Positions 34,463-47,042 of a stretch of DNA of 64,000 bases are shown here, piece after piece. Numbering within the stretch: position 1 is the first letter of the stretch; each line of letters begins with the position of its first letter. Position numbers and translations under genes: made by a program. The notes below the pieces were generated by a model that worked only from the letters and a program-made list of their open reading frames with translations, did no database searches and was not told the DNA's origin. The DNA is from Camelus dromedarius (Eukaryota), in NCBI RefSeq assembly GCF_036321535.1, contig NC_087438.1, forward strand, positions 4,714,001 through 4,778,000, in the 5' to 3' direction.

Positions 34463-36499
34463 TCCCAGGGGATGCTTGTCGTCAGAGAAGTTTGGACATA
34501 CGTAGGGGCATCATAGGGGAAAGTTTTGATGTCTAGAGAGGTGTAGGGTTTGATCTTTGCCTGCAGGAAGCTCACCACAAAGGCTCCACGACTTCCAAAA
34601 TTTGGTAGTGCATTATCACAGTCCTCAAGGAATGCCAGCAGGGGAAAATGAGTAATAGTCACTTAATTCAACCAATTCCTCAACTGGCTGCCAGCAGGAA
34701 AGGTCAGTCACATAAGTAACATCCTGTGATGAAGCGCACCCTGGGTGTGGGTGAGTGCCGTGCGTGTGTGCGCGGGGACAGAGATCTGTGATACTTATTT
34801 AAATAGCTTTGATAAAAGAGGCTTTTTGCTCATTTCATATAAAATATCAACAGCAGTTTTCTGTGAAATTTCAAGATGAAGGAAATTGGAACGCAAACAC
34901 TGGTGAATGCCTTTTGGAGCAGTGACTATATTGTGTTAAATATAATGTGTTCAATTTAAAAAGTGACTCTGATGTGCTTTTTATATATCATTACACATTT
35001 GGACAACTGAATCTTGGTTAACAGTCTCAGCTCCACACTGCTAGGGCACACACGTGATTTTCCTGGACTCTGGCTTCTCTTCAATAACTAGCATCTTCAT
35101 TTTTATGACGCTGAAAAGTTTCCGGCGTGGTACCATGTGTCGATCGTAGGCACTTAAATAAAAAGACTGTGTTTATTAAGCCAGCATTCAGTTGAAGTAT
35201 CTCAGTGAGGGGTTCACACTCCAGCCTTCACATCTTCCCCTTGGTGGCTTCCTTGGGTTTTAGAATTGGGTTTTCAAGCAGTTACTCAGTTTTGCACAAA
35301 TGAATCCCCGGGAACTCTTGAAAATGAGCTCGTATATATGAAAGAATTGTTTCTGATTGACACACTTTAATGAACAGCATCTGTGATGTTCTAGAAATGA
35401 AAACAATGGCTCATTATCGCCTTGTTCGAAATAAATGTTTGTTTGAAGCTGCCCTACACTGGAAAGTTTTCATTGTCATCTGCCTACTTCACGTGGCAGT
35501 TTATGAAACCCAAGCCACTCAGGGCCATTCTGGACCTGGGGGGCTGTCAGGCTTCAGGGACTGTCCGCCATCACCACACAGGGGAGCCGCCCCTGGGGGC
35601 TCTGCCGTCCGTGGGCTCTCAGGCTACATCACCCTACATCCCAGGAAAAGTCCCGACGTCAGCCACAGTTTCTCAGCCCCACAGGGCGAGGGCGTCTTCC
35701 TGAGCCTCCTGGTCCCCAGCACTGTGCCCGCGCCACGGTGCGGCCTGTGGGCGGCCAGGCTGCCCCGTGGGGTTCAAGGCAGCCCGCGAGGCTCAGCCTC
35801 CCCCTGGAGCCGGCTTCTCCTGCTCAGGGTCTGCTTCCAGCGTGGGTCTCAGCCTTTCATCGGGAAATTTCCTCCCCCTTCCTTACCTTCTAACTCTTCT
35901 TGAATGTTCTTGGTTTCATTTCCTCGGGGCCTCAGTGTTTCTGTTCTCTGGGAACCGTCATGCTTTCGCCTGTCGTGTCCTGCCGCTTTCATGGAGATGC
36001 TGCCTTTTCTCGTCTGTTTGAGATTATTAGTGCGTGTGATTTTAAAGTGTCATGTTATGTTCCCTTTATCACGCCAGCTTTTAGCTTGTTTTGAGTTTCT
36101 GTTATCTTTGACTTTTCTCTTCTCTCTTTCTTTCTTTTTTAAAAATTGTCTTTGTCTTGGCCTTGTCCTGACATGTTGGAGGCATTCTTCAAACGGCTGG
36201 CGGTGCCTGGCTGCCCACTTCTGTTTGAAAGGGAGTTGACAAAACCTGGGTCCGACGCACTGTGAAAGGAGGTGCCTTCCTGAGTGGCTGTCCCGAGGGC
36301 AGTCGCCACGGAAAGACCGCCCTGTTCTGCTGGAGACCCGCAGAGGCCGGTCTCCAGGTCTTTCTTCTTGGGCCGGTCGGTTCTCCCAGGAGGAAGTTTC
36401 CATCCTCTCCGGCCTGCGTCCTAACTGGCTGCCATTGCCCTGGCTCCCGGGGAGGATAGGGGCACTGGGGCACCAACGTGCGGGTTCTAGGCCTGTGCC

Positions 36500-36692
36500 G
36501 TCCTGTGCTGGGTGACGTGTGACTATTTAAATTTAAACTAATTAAAATGAACAAAAATTAAAATAAGTTACTTTTCCAGTTGCACTCGCCACATGTCAAG
36601 CATTCCAGGGCAGATCTGGCTCTTGAGTGGTCGGGCAGCTCGGACGGAGAGCATTCCCGTCCTCTCAGAAAGATGAACGGAAGAGCACCGCT
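36500..36692. mobile_element. MER33/MER3-like hAT-Charlie element
   Basis: gtgactatttaaatttaaactaattaaaat...agttgcactcgccacatgtcaagc. Confidence 0.7.
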
Positions 36693-37573
36693 CTGGTTCC
36701 ACTCCACCTCCAGGAAGGCCGCCTGGCCTGGGCGGGGCCTGGTGCCCCCGTGATTAGACCCTCTGCGGTTCAACTTCTCCAGGAAGAAAACTCCAGCATT
36801 TGATTGCGGTGGAGATGGGGGTTCTGCTTCTCCCCCAACTGATTTCAGATACTCCTCCATGGGGTGGTGACCGTTCCTGGATCTTCCTCATCTGAGCTGT
36901 GACGTAACTCCCCTCTTTTCCCTCACCGCAGATGCTTTATTTACGTTTCATCCGTCCTGCTAAGTCAGTCACCACTCACCCATCTGCTCTCCAGCTCCCC
37001 AAATTTTATTGACATTCTTTATTCACTACTGTCTCCCCTTCCGTTTGCATTGCCTTTGTGGACTTCTGAGCATTCGTCCTGTGAGGCTCCTGCAGCGAGG
37101 GCCCAAGAAGAACCACAGCTGCTCCTGTGGTTCCATCCACCATGTTTGAACTGGAAGGCCTGTCCCTCCTTATTACCGATGTCAGAGGCCTCAGGCGAGG
37201 AAGTGAACTCCAAATAATCTTTTGCTGGAGGCAAAACAGGGCATATTTACCACAACTCACAGCTGAAGCCACTGGTGGCTTGTGGCTTGCAGTAAGTACA
37301 ACCACTGGTAAACAGAATGGAAATGAAACTGAGACACTCGCTTCCTGCATCCTAGCTTGATGACAGTTCTTCCATGGTCATGAGGTTGAACCAGATTCCA
37401 AATGTTTAGATGGAAGGAGGATTTGCATGCTGTGCAATCCCTCAGGTATGTTAAAATTTCCTCTTTCATTAAAGATAAACCTCTTTTGGATATAAGCAAT
37501 GGCTGAGTCAAATTCTGGTTTCAGTAGCATGCTATAAAAATAAATACTACCCTGGTAGTCTAGAGTATATCTG

Positions 37574-37831
37574 TCCGTCCATCCATCCATCCATCCATCA
37601 TCTATCCATCTATCCATCCATCCATCTATCCATCCATCCATCATCCATCATCCATCATCCATCCATCCATCCATCTATCCATCCATCATCCATCCATCCA
37701 TCCATCTATCCATCCATCCATCCATCCATCCATCATCCATCCATCCATCTATCCATCCATCCATCCATCCATCCATCCAACCATCCATCCATCTATCCAT
37801 CCATCCTTCCATCTATCCATCCATCCATCCA
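37574..37831. repeat. Imperfect (TCCA)n microsatellite, ~260 bp
   Basis: Seen directly, with interspersed TCTA and TCA variants. Confidence 0.97.
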
Positions 37832-38597
37832 AAAGACACTTATTCGTCAGGTTCAGGTGCCTGACCTAGATTCTGTAAAATAATAAAAGCACTGATAATA
37901 GCATAACAATTATGTTTTAATAACTGGTAATGTAAAACCTCTCACAAATAGTCTATTTTCTCATATATTTTCACGAAGTCTCTGCACTTCTTTACAAAAT
38001 TAATGAAAACCATTAAGATAAAGCTTAGACATAAAATTTAGATTAACCCAAATATTGAAATCATTGGAATCCAAACAAATGTATTTTTTTCAGTATTTTG
38101 GGGGTATTTTTTAAAGTCTTGCTCTCTGTTATTTTCTTCCTGCAGCTGATAACTACATTCATCTTCCAGCTCTATGTTCCCCCAAGGTTTGCTCATTGAG
38201 AGAATCTCTCTCTCTCTTCCCACAGCCGAGCTTCTGCAAGGTGGTAGGTTATGTAAACTGCACCTCTTTCTTTGACTTGAGTGTTGGCTCCAGAGGACTC
38301 ATTTTATGAGTATTTCCAGCTCTGTAGGGAAGGGACCTGGGTCTGAGTCTATATCTAGGATACATTCTGACAAACGTCAGTAGTAAACAGGTCAGACCGC
38401 TCCTTCCATTAACTCTCAGTTCTGTGAACTGTCTAACTCTCCCGTCTATTCACCTCCACGGCTCAGCTCCCCCCAGCTTTGTTCACTTAGGCCGTCTGTC
38501 TCCCCAGCTGCACCTCATGTCATGCCTTCCTTTCACTGCCTAACCCGCAGCATGGTTACAGCCTCTGTTTCCTTTCTTTTCCAATTTTTAATTTTTA

Positions 38598-38688
38598 ATT
38601 TTTTTTGATGGAGGGAGGAGGTAATTAGGTTTATTTATTTGTGTATTTATTTATGTTAATGGAGATACTGAGGATTGACCCCAGGATC
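38598..38688 (-). mobile_element. 5'-truncated Vic-1-like SINE
   Basis: Reverse complement cctggggtcaatcctcagtatctcc...aaataaataaacctaattacctcc matches the 3' half of the SINE at 6498. Confidence 0.8.
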
Positions 38689-39069
38689 TTTTTTAATTTT
38701 TTAAATTTTTATATTGTTTATACAATTTTTAAAGGTTACTTTCCATTTACAGTTATTACAAAATACTGGTTCTGTTCCCCACACCGTGCAGTACCTCCTT
38801 GATCCCGTCCTACACCCAGTGGTTTGTACTGCTGCCTCCTGCAGCCCCATACCGCCCCCAGCTCCACTAGTGACCACCCGTTTGTTCTCTGTATCTGCAA
38901 GTCTGCTTCTCCTTTTGGTTACACTCACTAGTTTGTTGTACATTTTAGATTTCACATGTAAGTGATGGCATACAGTATTTGTCTTTCCCTATCTTACTTA
39001 TTTCGCTGAGTGTACACCCTCCAAGTCCGTCCATGTTGCTGCAAATGGCAAGATTTCATTCTTTTTAAA
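38689..39069 (-). mobile_element. L1 3' UTR fragment (artiodactyl type)
   Basis: Antisense L1 3' UTR. TSD agcctctgttt at 38560-38570 and 39072-39082 brackets both this L1 and the SINE. Confidence 0.88.
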
Positions 39070-39199
39070 ATAGCCTCTGTTTTCTCCCCTTTTCTTCTGC
39101 AGCCTTGCTCTGATCTCCCTCACCCTCCAGATGCATGCTCAGATGGTTATCAATACCCACCGATCAATACCCCAGTGGCCTTTTCATAAGCTTCCTTTT

Positions 39200-40330
39200 G
39201 GGGATCTTTCAACAGCCTCCATCACTGCTAATCATTCTTTCTTTACTACTGACTTCTCTTTTGTATCTTGTGATTCTAGTTTCTCCTCTTCTTCACCTTC
39301 CAGTATCTGCTTCTATCACCTCGATTACTGCCCTTCTCTGAGATTCAGACTTCACTCCCTCTTTTCTCTCCATAATCTTTACCTCTGAGTGTCCAACAGG
39401 ACACGGGTAACTCCCAGCTCCATCTCCAGCCCCGACGCTCTTCCCAGCTCTCGTCCCACGTCTCGAGCTTCATCCTGGCATTGTGGTTGTCTTGCTTTTA
39501 TCTCACCCCCAACACCTGGGGGTTTGTGTGCATGTTGTTTTCAGACACTTCTCATCTCAATGTCCCCAGTTCCATTACTGTCACTCTTTTCTAGGTCCCT
39601 TCAGGTTAAAGTGTGGTTATTTTTGACTTTTCCCTCTCGCTCTGTCTCCGGCCATCCAGTCTCAGAGCCCTCTTCCACCTGCTTGTTCCTTCCACGTCAT
39701 TTCAGGGCAGGTCGTTATCGCTTCTCCCTTGAACTAGCAAAACAGCTTTCAACTGATATTTCGTGCCCCTGCATGACGCACACTAACACAGGTCTAACCT
39801 TCCTGAAATGAAGCTTCATTAAGTCATTTTTCAACTCTAAAATGTTCACTGTTTCCTTACTTTCTAGAGGATCCATGTCAAACTCCTCAGCACGCTGTTG
39901 AAGGCATCCCCTGGTCTAGCACCGGACCCTCTTTTCTTCTCTGTGCCTCTCCATCAGCCTCACCTCTTGTAAACCACCCTCTGCAGTTGCTCTGTGTGTC
40001 CTAAGCCTCTAACTTTGCTAACCCTCTTCACCCCCAACAGGAATCTCCCTCCAAGTCTTCCTCCCTGTCTCTCCGGGGCCAGCCCACCTTTGAAGGCTCA
40101 GATCAACTGTCCTTCACCTTGGAGTTCTCCCTAGTGCTGTCCAGCCCACTGGGGTCACTTCCATCTCTATGTTTAGAATAAACATTTCTTTGTATTCCTC
40201 TGGACCACCTTGGTCCCTTTTTATTTCTGCTCTGCTTTCTGTTAATATTCACTGTTTGAGTCTGGATTTCTGTTTGCCAAGGGACTGTGGACTAGATTTT
40301 AAATCCTTAGACTCTGAAGATTTATATTAT
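39200..40330 (+). mobile_element. L2 3' region, degenerate
   Basis: ctcccagctccatctccagccc, tctagaggatccatgtcaaactcctcagc and ctttgaaggctcagatcaactgtc are typical L2 motifs. Confidence 0.65.
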
Positions 40331-41225
40331 CTATGTTTGTCCTCAAGAAAATGAAATACATTAAACAAGCAAGTACTTGCTGGCAGGTTTGGGCAGCACC
40401 GAATGAATCAAGTACATCAAATAATAAAACCACCGGTAAATTCTCACTTTATCTAAAATATAGCTAGAAAAAAAATGTTAACAGGAATACTGGTGAAGGT
40501 TTAGAGCTGTTAGCTTCTAAAATTTACTCATACCTTAGAGCATATCTCATTGGTACGCTACTAAATACAAAATGATGTCAAGATCAGATGATGTTCAAGA
40601 ACAACGAAGTTAATATGAACTTTGCAGTTTGGCCTAAACCTGTACATTGAGATGGCACTTTAATGGAATGAAACAAATAGAATTACTTTCCCCAAGAAAC
40701 AAAAGGCTGCAAAATTTGGCTTGCTGGATTTTTCTTACCTACAATGAACAAGTGTTGTGGTAGGATGACTCATGTCCTATTTTTATTATTTTGTGTGAAG
40801 TGCTTTGCTCTTTTAGGTACCAGCTAAATAGATGCCCATGGAATTTGAAAGTAGCTTCCGTTTTTAGCCTTGCTATGCCTTACTGGTTTGAATGTGAAAT
40901 AAATCACTAGGTGTTTGCATGACTAAGATAAAAACTTCTTCTCCTTTGTGGAAGGCTGAAGTGTCTAATTCTTCACAATTCATAGCTCCGTCCACGCTGT
41001 GGCATCATCTGGCGCCACCCGATCTCTTCCTCCGTGTGATTTTTCAGGTTTCTGTAAGTCAGCACTGCGTCTCACTGGCAAGTCTTGTGGATTGAAGAAC
41101 AAGGCACCTATCTGTTAACAATCATGATACAAATTTCTTCCTCAAAATTTAAGTGTGAAGGAGAAAGTTAATAACAGAAGGGAATTTCAGTGTATTTATA
41201 GCTTTTTAATCATGTCCCTTCTCAC

Positions 41226-41308
41226 CACAAACCAACTGGCTCTTGGGTGCACGATAAACAAGACATGCAGGTCATTGGTGATACGTAAGTCTTTCCAGAC
41301 AGAGTTCC
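41226..41308 (-). other. Candidate 83-nt spliced exon (probably non-coding)
   Basis: Acceptor ctctctttacccgctcacatccacttttctcttcag| and donor GTG|gtgaga in non-repeat sequence. Confidence 0.35.
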
Positions 41309-42269
41309 CTGAAGAGAAAAGTGGATGTGAGCGGGTAAAGAGAGGCCCAATAAAAACCTGATGGGCTTGGTCTGAAAGCCAGACAACCCAGTGCGGAGGG
41401 GACACGTCACCTGTCACTCCTTCTGTTGGTAACGCCGTGATGTCATGCTGCCCCATGTCACACCTCTTCCTCACCAAGCCGAGAATTGCTTTTAGCAAAG
41501 TGGAGCCCATCAAATGTGGCCTTCAAGGGCGAACCCTTTTTGGAGACTTTATGGGGGTACGTTCTGCATGTTCCTTTTCCCTAAATCGGTCGCGCCCCTT
41601 TCCTGAATCGGAAGGGACTCTTCCAAATCCTAGCTCACCTCCTGGCGAGGTAGTCCCGTGGTGATAACGGGAAGAACGTGTGATAGCAGGGAGCTTACAT
41701 AACTTGTGTCTTCTCAGCCACAATTAATAGCTCTCACAGTGCCAGAGAGAGCTGTTCAACACACTAGTTTAACTCAGAGCGCTTCTGGCCTTTTAAGTGC
41801 TTTAACTAGAAGAATTCCTTGTGTTTGTGCAGAAAGTGAAAAATCCTGGGAAACAGTCACGAGAAGAGCTTGGGTGAGCAGAGAGTCTGCAAGTCCAGTA
41901 AGTGGGAAAGAAGCAGGCTGGGCAGCCTGTAGGCTCGCAAAGGTCTTTGCCGTGCGCCCTGGTGTTTTCACTTAGAAGGGTTAAGGCAGTTTCATGAAGT
42001 CCTTTTTCTGTGCCTTCTTACACCTTGAACTGCCTCTGTTGGCCAAGTCAACAAGATACCGGCAGGCAAGTTGGAGAACGGCCGGCTCCCAGACCGCCGG
42101 CCCGAGGGCAACCCCGCACACTGCAGAATGCAGGAGAGCATTTCGGTGCTTAGATTTTTGCATAAGGAAGCATTTGTTTTTCAAATCACATCCATCCTAA
42201 AAGGACTCATCCTTATTCTGGAATTTTGTCCCCGAAATTACTCCCTTTGCATCTTACATAATCCGATTT

Positions 42270-42570
42270 TAATTTTTACAGGGTCATTTGCATCAGCTTG
42301 CAAAAATGCTGGATTTTTTTTTCCTTTAAAGCATCCTTCTCCTGGCATAATTGCCCCTCCAGCTACTAATTCATTTCACTGTGACCTTTTAGAGCAAACT
42401 TCCCAAGAAGGGGTGTCTCTTCTTGTCCTCTCCTTTTCACCCTTCATTCTCAGTTGAGTGTATGTCAAGCAAAACGTTGACCCAGCAATCCCACTGAAAT
42501 TGCCATTGCTAAGGTCCCCGGTCCTGTGGTTGGTCTGGTTCTCAGCAGCAGCCGGTAGATTTGATGTGCA
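42270..42570 (+). mobile_element. L2 fragment
   Basis: ccactgaaattgccattgctaaggtcccc resembles the L2 RT region. Confidence 0.55.
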
Positions 42571-43530
42571 CTTGTGTGCTGACATATTGTACGTAACACA
42601 AAATGCATCCTAAAAGAGAAATGCAAAATCTTACATTAAAGATAAAGTGGATATGTATTTCTAAATTTCTTGTAAATCACCACCACAGCTTCCAACTATC
42701 TTTTGCTAATATCTCTATGCACAGTAGGATTGCTAATGTGGTACATATAAATCTGTACTGCTGTTAGTCTTTGAATAATTTTGAGTGTTTTGGTCTGACT
42801 CTTATCAAACCTGATTAGACTGTCATCCTTTGCCTCTCCCGAAGACTGATGGCCACCTCTACTTGCACGGTAAGCTCGTAAGCTTCATGTTTAATAAGTT
42901 CTTTCTCTCCTGGAATCTTCTAAAGCCAGCTCTCCATTTTGTGCAGGTCTACTTAGCTGGGACTGGATTAAACCCATGAGTCTATCTGCTGCTGTGAGTT
43001 GTCCACACATACAGCATCATGAGCAGCGTCTGTGAGGGTGAGCAACGGAGTGAGGAGGTTAACTCGTCAAGGGGGGACCTCATCCCGTCCTCACAGTGCC
43101 CTGCCTCTGCGCACATGTTGTATGCGCTTATCTGAGAGTGGGCTGAAGGGGGCACAAGTGTCAATCCACATATTAAATGTCATTCAGCCCCAAATTCCAA
43201 CTTTTTAGATAGAAACATACAATATAGAAATAGAAATAGTAGGATTTCTTCTTTCCTCCAGTGTCCTGCCTCGCAGACCCTCACTGCTACGTATCTGCTT
43301 TGAGATCACTGCCCTAGACAGCGGGTGTGGGTGTCCTCTTCCTGGACCCCACAGCGCTTCTCCACCCCTCAGCTGCTGAATGAGAATCTCCAGGGCTTGG
43401 GTTTGGGAGCTACACTTGTATGAGTTCCCTCAGTGATCTTATATAGAGCCGCGTCTGAAAATTATTGTGTATTGCTGGTCATTGTCTTCGATAACTTGCC
43501 CTCTCTCTCTTTCTGTTTTAATAAAGACTG

Positions 43531-43919
43531 TGTATTAGTCTGTGAAGGCTGATGTGAAATACCTCAGGCTGGCTGGCTTAAACAACAGAAGTTTATTTCC
43601 TCACATTTCTGGAGGCTGGAAGTCCAGGTCAAGGTGCATCAAAGGTGGTTCCTGGTGAGAGCCCGCCTCCTGGCTTGCAGGCGTCCACCTTTCGCTGTGT
43701 CCTCACTTAATCTCTTCTCCGTGTGCGTGTGGAGAAGTATCTCTGGCACGTCTACCTCTTCCTATATGGGCAGCAGTCCTGCCAGATCAAGGCTCCACTC
43801 TTCTGACCTCACCTAACCTTGATCACCTCCTTAGGGGCCTTATCTCTAAACACAGTCACATACAGGGGACTGGGACCTCAGCGTATAACTTTTGCAGGGA
43901 CGCAGTTCAGTTCATAACA
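43531..43919 (-). mobile_element. MLT1A/B-like MaLR solo LTR
   Basis: tgtattagtc...ggcttaaacaacagaagtttatttcctcaca..tctggaggctggaagtcc...cagttcataaca. Confidence 0.88.
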
Positions 43920-43922
43920 TCC

Positions 43923-44291
43923 TGTGGTAGTCAAGTTTTCTGTGTCAACTTGGCTAAGCTATCGTTTGGTCAAATGCTTGTCTAGCTATTGCCGTGAAGG
44001 TATTTTATTGATGCGACCAGCACCTCTAATCAGTTGACTTTAAAGAAAAGAGATACTCTCACTAACGTGGGTGGGACTCACCCAATCAGTTGAAGACCAT
44101 AAGGTCAAAAACTGAGATTTTCTGAAGAAGAAAGAATCTAGCCTCAAGATTTTAACATGGAAAGTCTGTCTGAATTTCTAGACTGCTGGTCTACCTGCAA
44201 ATCTTGGCCGTGCCAGCCGCCACAGCTGCATGGGTCTGTTCCTTAAGAAATACCCTATTGGTTCTGTTTCTTTGGAGAGCCCGACTGATAC
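43923..44291 (+). mobile_element. MLT2C/D-like ERVL solo LTR
   Basis: tgtggtag...tgtgtcaacttggctaagct...aatcagttga...ctattggttctgtttctttggagagcccgactgatac. Confidence 0.82.
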
Positions 44292-44302
44292 CACTCTTCT
44301 TA

Positions 44303-44439
44303 TGTATTTATTTATGTTTATTTTTTATTGAGTATAGTTGATGTACCATAGTATGTAAGTTACAAGCACACAATATACTGTTTCACAATTTTTAAAGTTT
44401 ATACTCCATTTGTAATTATTATAAAACATTGGCTATGTT
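44303..44439 (-). mobile_element. Short L1 3' end
   Basis: Antisense L1 terminus. TSD cactcttctta (44292-44302) / cacttttctta (44440-44450). Confidence 0.82.
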
Positions 44440-46756
44440 CACTTTTCTTAGCAATCCATATTCAGTTGACACATTTTATAATAAATACAAATAAGCACAA
44501 AGCAAAAGCTGAAAAGCAACTATAATCCCAACGTGCAGAGATACCCATTCTCTACAAGTGCCTCCTTCCACCAACGTCACAAAAAACCCCTGAAACATGA
44601 CGTCGTGACTGCGGATGCTCGTCCGTCGTGCTGCACCACGAACTTCCTAAGTCCTCGCTGCTGTGGGTCTGTTTACCCCATTGCCTAATATATGATGTAG
44701 CCCATTGTAGACTCTTAATACACACTTTTGAATAAACGACTGAGGAAACGGGATAAAAGATGGAAAAACAGATAGGCTATTAGGTGAGTGAATAGATTTA
44801 CGAACTGATTACTTTGGAGAAAATTCAAGATAAAGGTTATGAATGAACAAAGGGAATTAAGGAGGGAGATGTCCCTAGAAAGCAGGACTGACCTGCACAC
44901 AGCATTGCAGGTGGAGAGCATATACTGGACTCAGCCATTCTCTGTGACGGGGCTCGGCCTCCTGAATAGGAGACTAGGATTGGCCCAGGTGCAGCATTTG
45001 TTAGAAAAAGGACGTGAAGGAATCACCTGAGGGTATTGGCCCTGCAAGGTGGAGGTTGGGTAAGAAGGAAAGTGAAGGCAAGGGGTGTTCAATGACTGAC
45101 TGTCTCACAAATGCAGCAGGAGGGGCAGCGGTCAGGAGGAGGAAGTTGGGATGTGAAGTCTTGAGCTTCTGGTGCTCAGACATGAAGAATTTCCAAGTGA
45201 TGGTGAGATCCAGGTGTGACCGTGGGAACTAGTCACTGCACTAAAATGGAAAAGAAGATCATTGGAGCCAGAAAAGTGAAAAAAAAAAAAAAAACACCTT
45301 GGAGGCAAGCATGTTGCACGGGCTTTCTAAATGGCATTGAAGTTATTCTGGTAGATAATTGGGCGTAGGGAGGAAAAAAGGAGTCTGAGCCAAACTTGAA
45401 ACTCTTCATTGAATTTGCAGTAAATCAGAAAGATGGAGAGGTGATTGGGGAGGTAGGTGACAGAGCCTGATGAAGGTCTGGGGAACTTTTTAATGCAGTT
45501 AAAGAGAGAGAGTCCAGAGAATGGGGTCTGGCCCTGAGGCGTTTGGGGTGAGTGGCCTCAAGCACTGTTGATAAGGTGCCGTCCTTGGATGGAACCAGTT
45601 TAATACAAAGGAGGTTGGTGATTTATTGAAATTTGCTTCTGTTATTAAATGTTACTCTGAAAAATTGGATCACAGGAAATGTAAGGCTCTCATGTTGTTT
45701 TCTCTTCTTTTTAATGGGCCAAAGGGGTCAGATCCTGTTTGGATACATCTAATCTGGATAAATGGGCACCATGCTGATGGAAAGGATGGGAGTCAGGGAA
45801 CAGAATAGGACTTTGGGAACCCAGGGGGATGTGCCAAAACTTAGAAAAAAGCAAGACCAAAGGAGAACGAAGGAGAAGTGAAAGAAATCACTCCTCTTTT
45901 TCCATTTTCCGGAGTCAGGCAGGCAGAACTTTCTACACCTGATGTTGTTAAGGATTACCCTTGGGCACAAGATCCCCTACCATGAGTCTGCATTTTCATT
46001 TCCTCCTGAGACACTTCACGTTAATAAATGCCATAACGGCTTTGGTCAAACAGTGTTCCAAGTACTCTTAAAGCATCACGTCTAATTTGAACATTTGTAA
46101 AATGTTTCTCTTTTCAAAAAAATCCTATATTTGGTTAACTTAGTCAAAGATCTATCTGGGAAAGGAATGTGCAATTTTATTTTTTTATTTCGGTAATTTT
46201 TGAAAACCCAATTTATAAGTAGAAATTCTTTCCTTAAGGAGAAAGAAAAAAACCCTTGTAGTCAGCCGGCTTCTTTGTCCTATGCTCCACATTTTTGACA
46301 GTAATTTTCTAGGCTTATAATTTGCTAATCATAAAATGGTCCGATTGGAAGTGTGTGAATTGAATGTTGATTTTGCTGCTTAGCACGGCAGAGTCAGGAC
46401 TGGGCAATAGGAAAGGGAATCAATCTCACGTTAATTGTTCATCAGTGGATACTGACTTTATTTGCGTCCATGTGGATGCAGACATGGGTGAATCTAGAAA
46501 ATTTATTCGGTTCATAAAGTACTTCAAAAGACAATTTTTTAGTTTTCTATTTATTTTGTATTCTCTTTGGGGGAAAAACTCTTTGACTCATTTACAGGTT
46601 ACTGTTTTGTGTGATAATGATGCTTTCTGACGCTTCTAGCCTACAGGAGCTGACCTTTTCTTACGGGTTCAGAGGCTTTCCGTAAACGATGTGTTAGAAA
46701 GTAAAGAGCAGCAGGTTTTATCTCCCCATCTCGGCTGTAGGGAAAGTTGACATTCA

Positions 46757-46851
46757 AGGAACTTAAATGTCAGCGTGAAGCCCAGGTTTGCTGGTTTTGC
46801 TTCCATCTTTAGCTGTGAGTTCAGATGGTTTCTCTGAAGAAAAGCCTTACA
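46757..46851 (+). repeat. Copy 1 of a ~95-bp dispersed direct duplication
   Basis: Aligns with 48025-48121 with 5 substitutions and 2 single-base indels. Confidence 0.92.
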
Positions 46852-46985
46852 GACGACCATGGAATTTTAGACTCATAGGATCTTACTGCAGGGAAACCAC
46901 TTGGCTCAGATTTCAGTTTCTCTTTCTCTTTCTTTTTCCATCAGATTCTGATCATCTTGCAGACATTGCTCTTTCCTTTAAGATG

Positions 46986-47042
46986 TGCTGTACACCAGAG
47001 ATTGACACATTGTAATTGACTGTACTTCAATTAAAAAAATAA
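46986..47042 (+). mobile_element. Minimal 57-nt L1 3'-terminal insertion
   Basis: tgctgtacaccagagattgacacattgtaattgactgtacttcaattaaaa matches the L1 end at 60251-60305. TSD aagatg at 46980-46985 and 47043-47048. Confidence 0.8.

Noticed and set aside
35370..36554. Cluster of long overlapping ORFs / possible CpG island promoter
   Set aside because: Open in several frames on both strands because of GC richness, with no recognisable protein. The CpG patch is short and could reflect GC drift.
37378..37644. ORF with MDGW repeats
   Set aside because: It is the translation of the (TGGA)n microsatellite.
42575..43318. Possible hAT-Charlie transposon remnant ending ctttgagatcactgccctaga
   Set aside because: Only one end looks hAT-like; I could not identify the other terminal repeat or the family.
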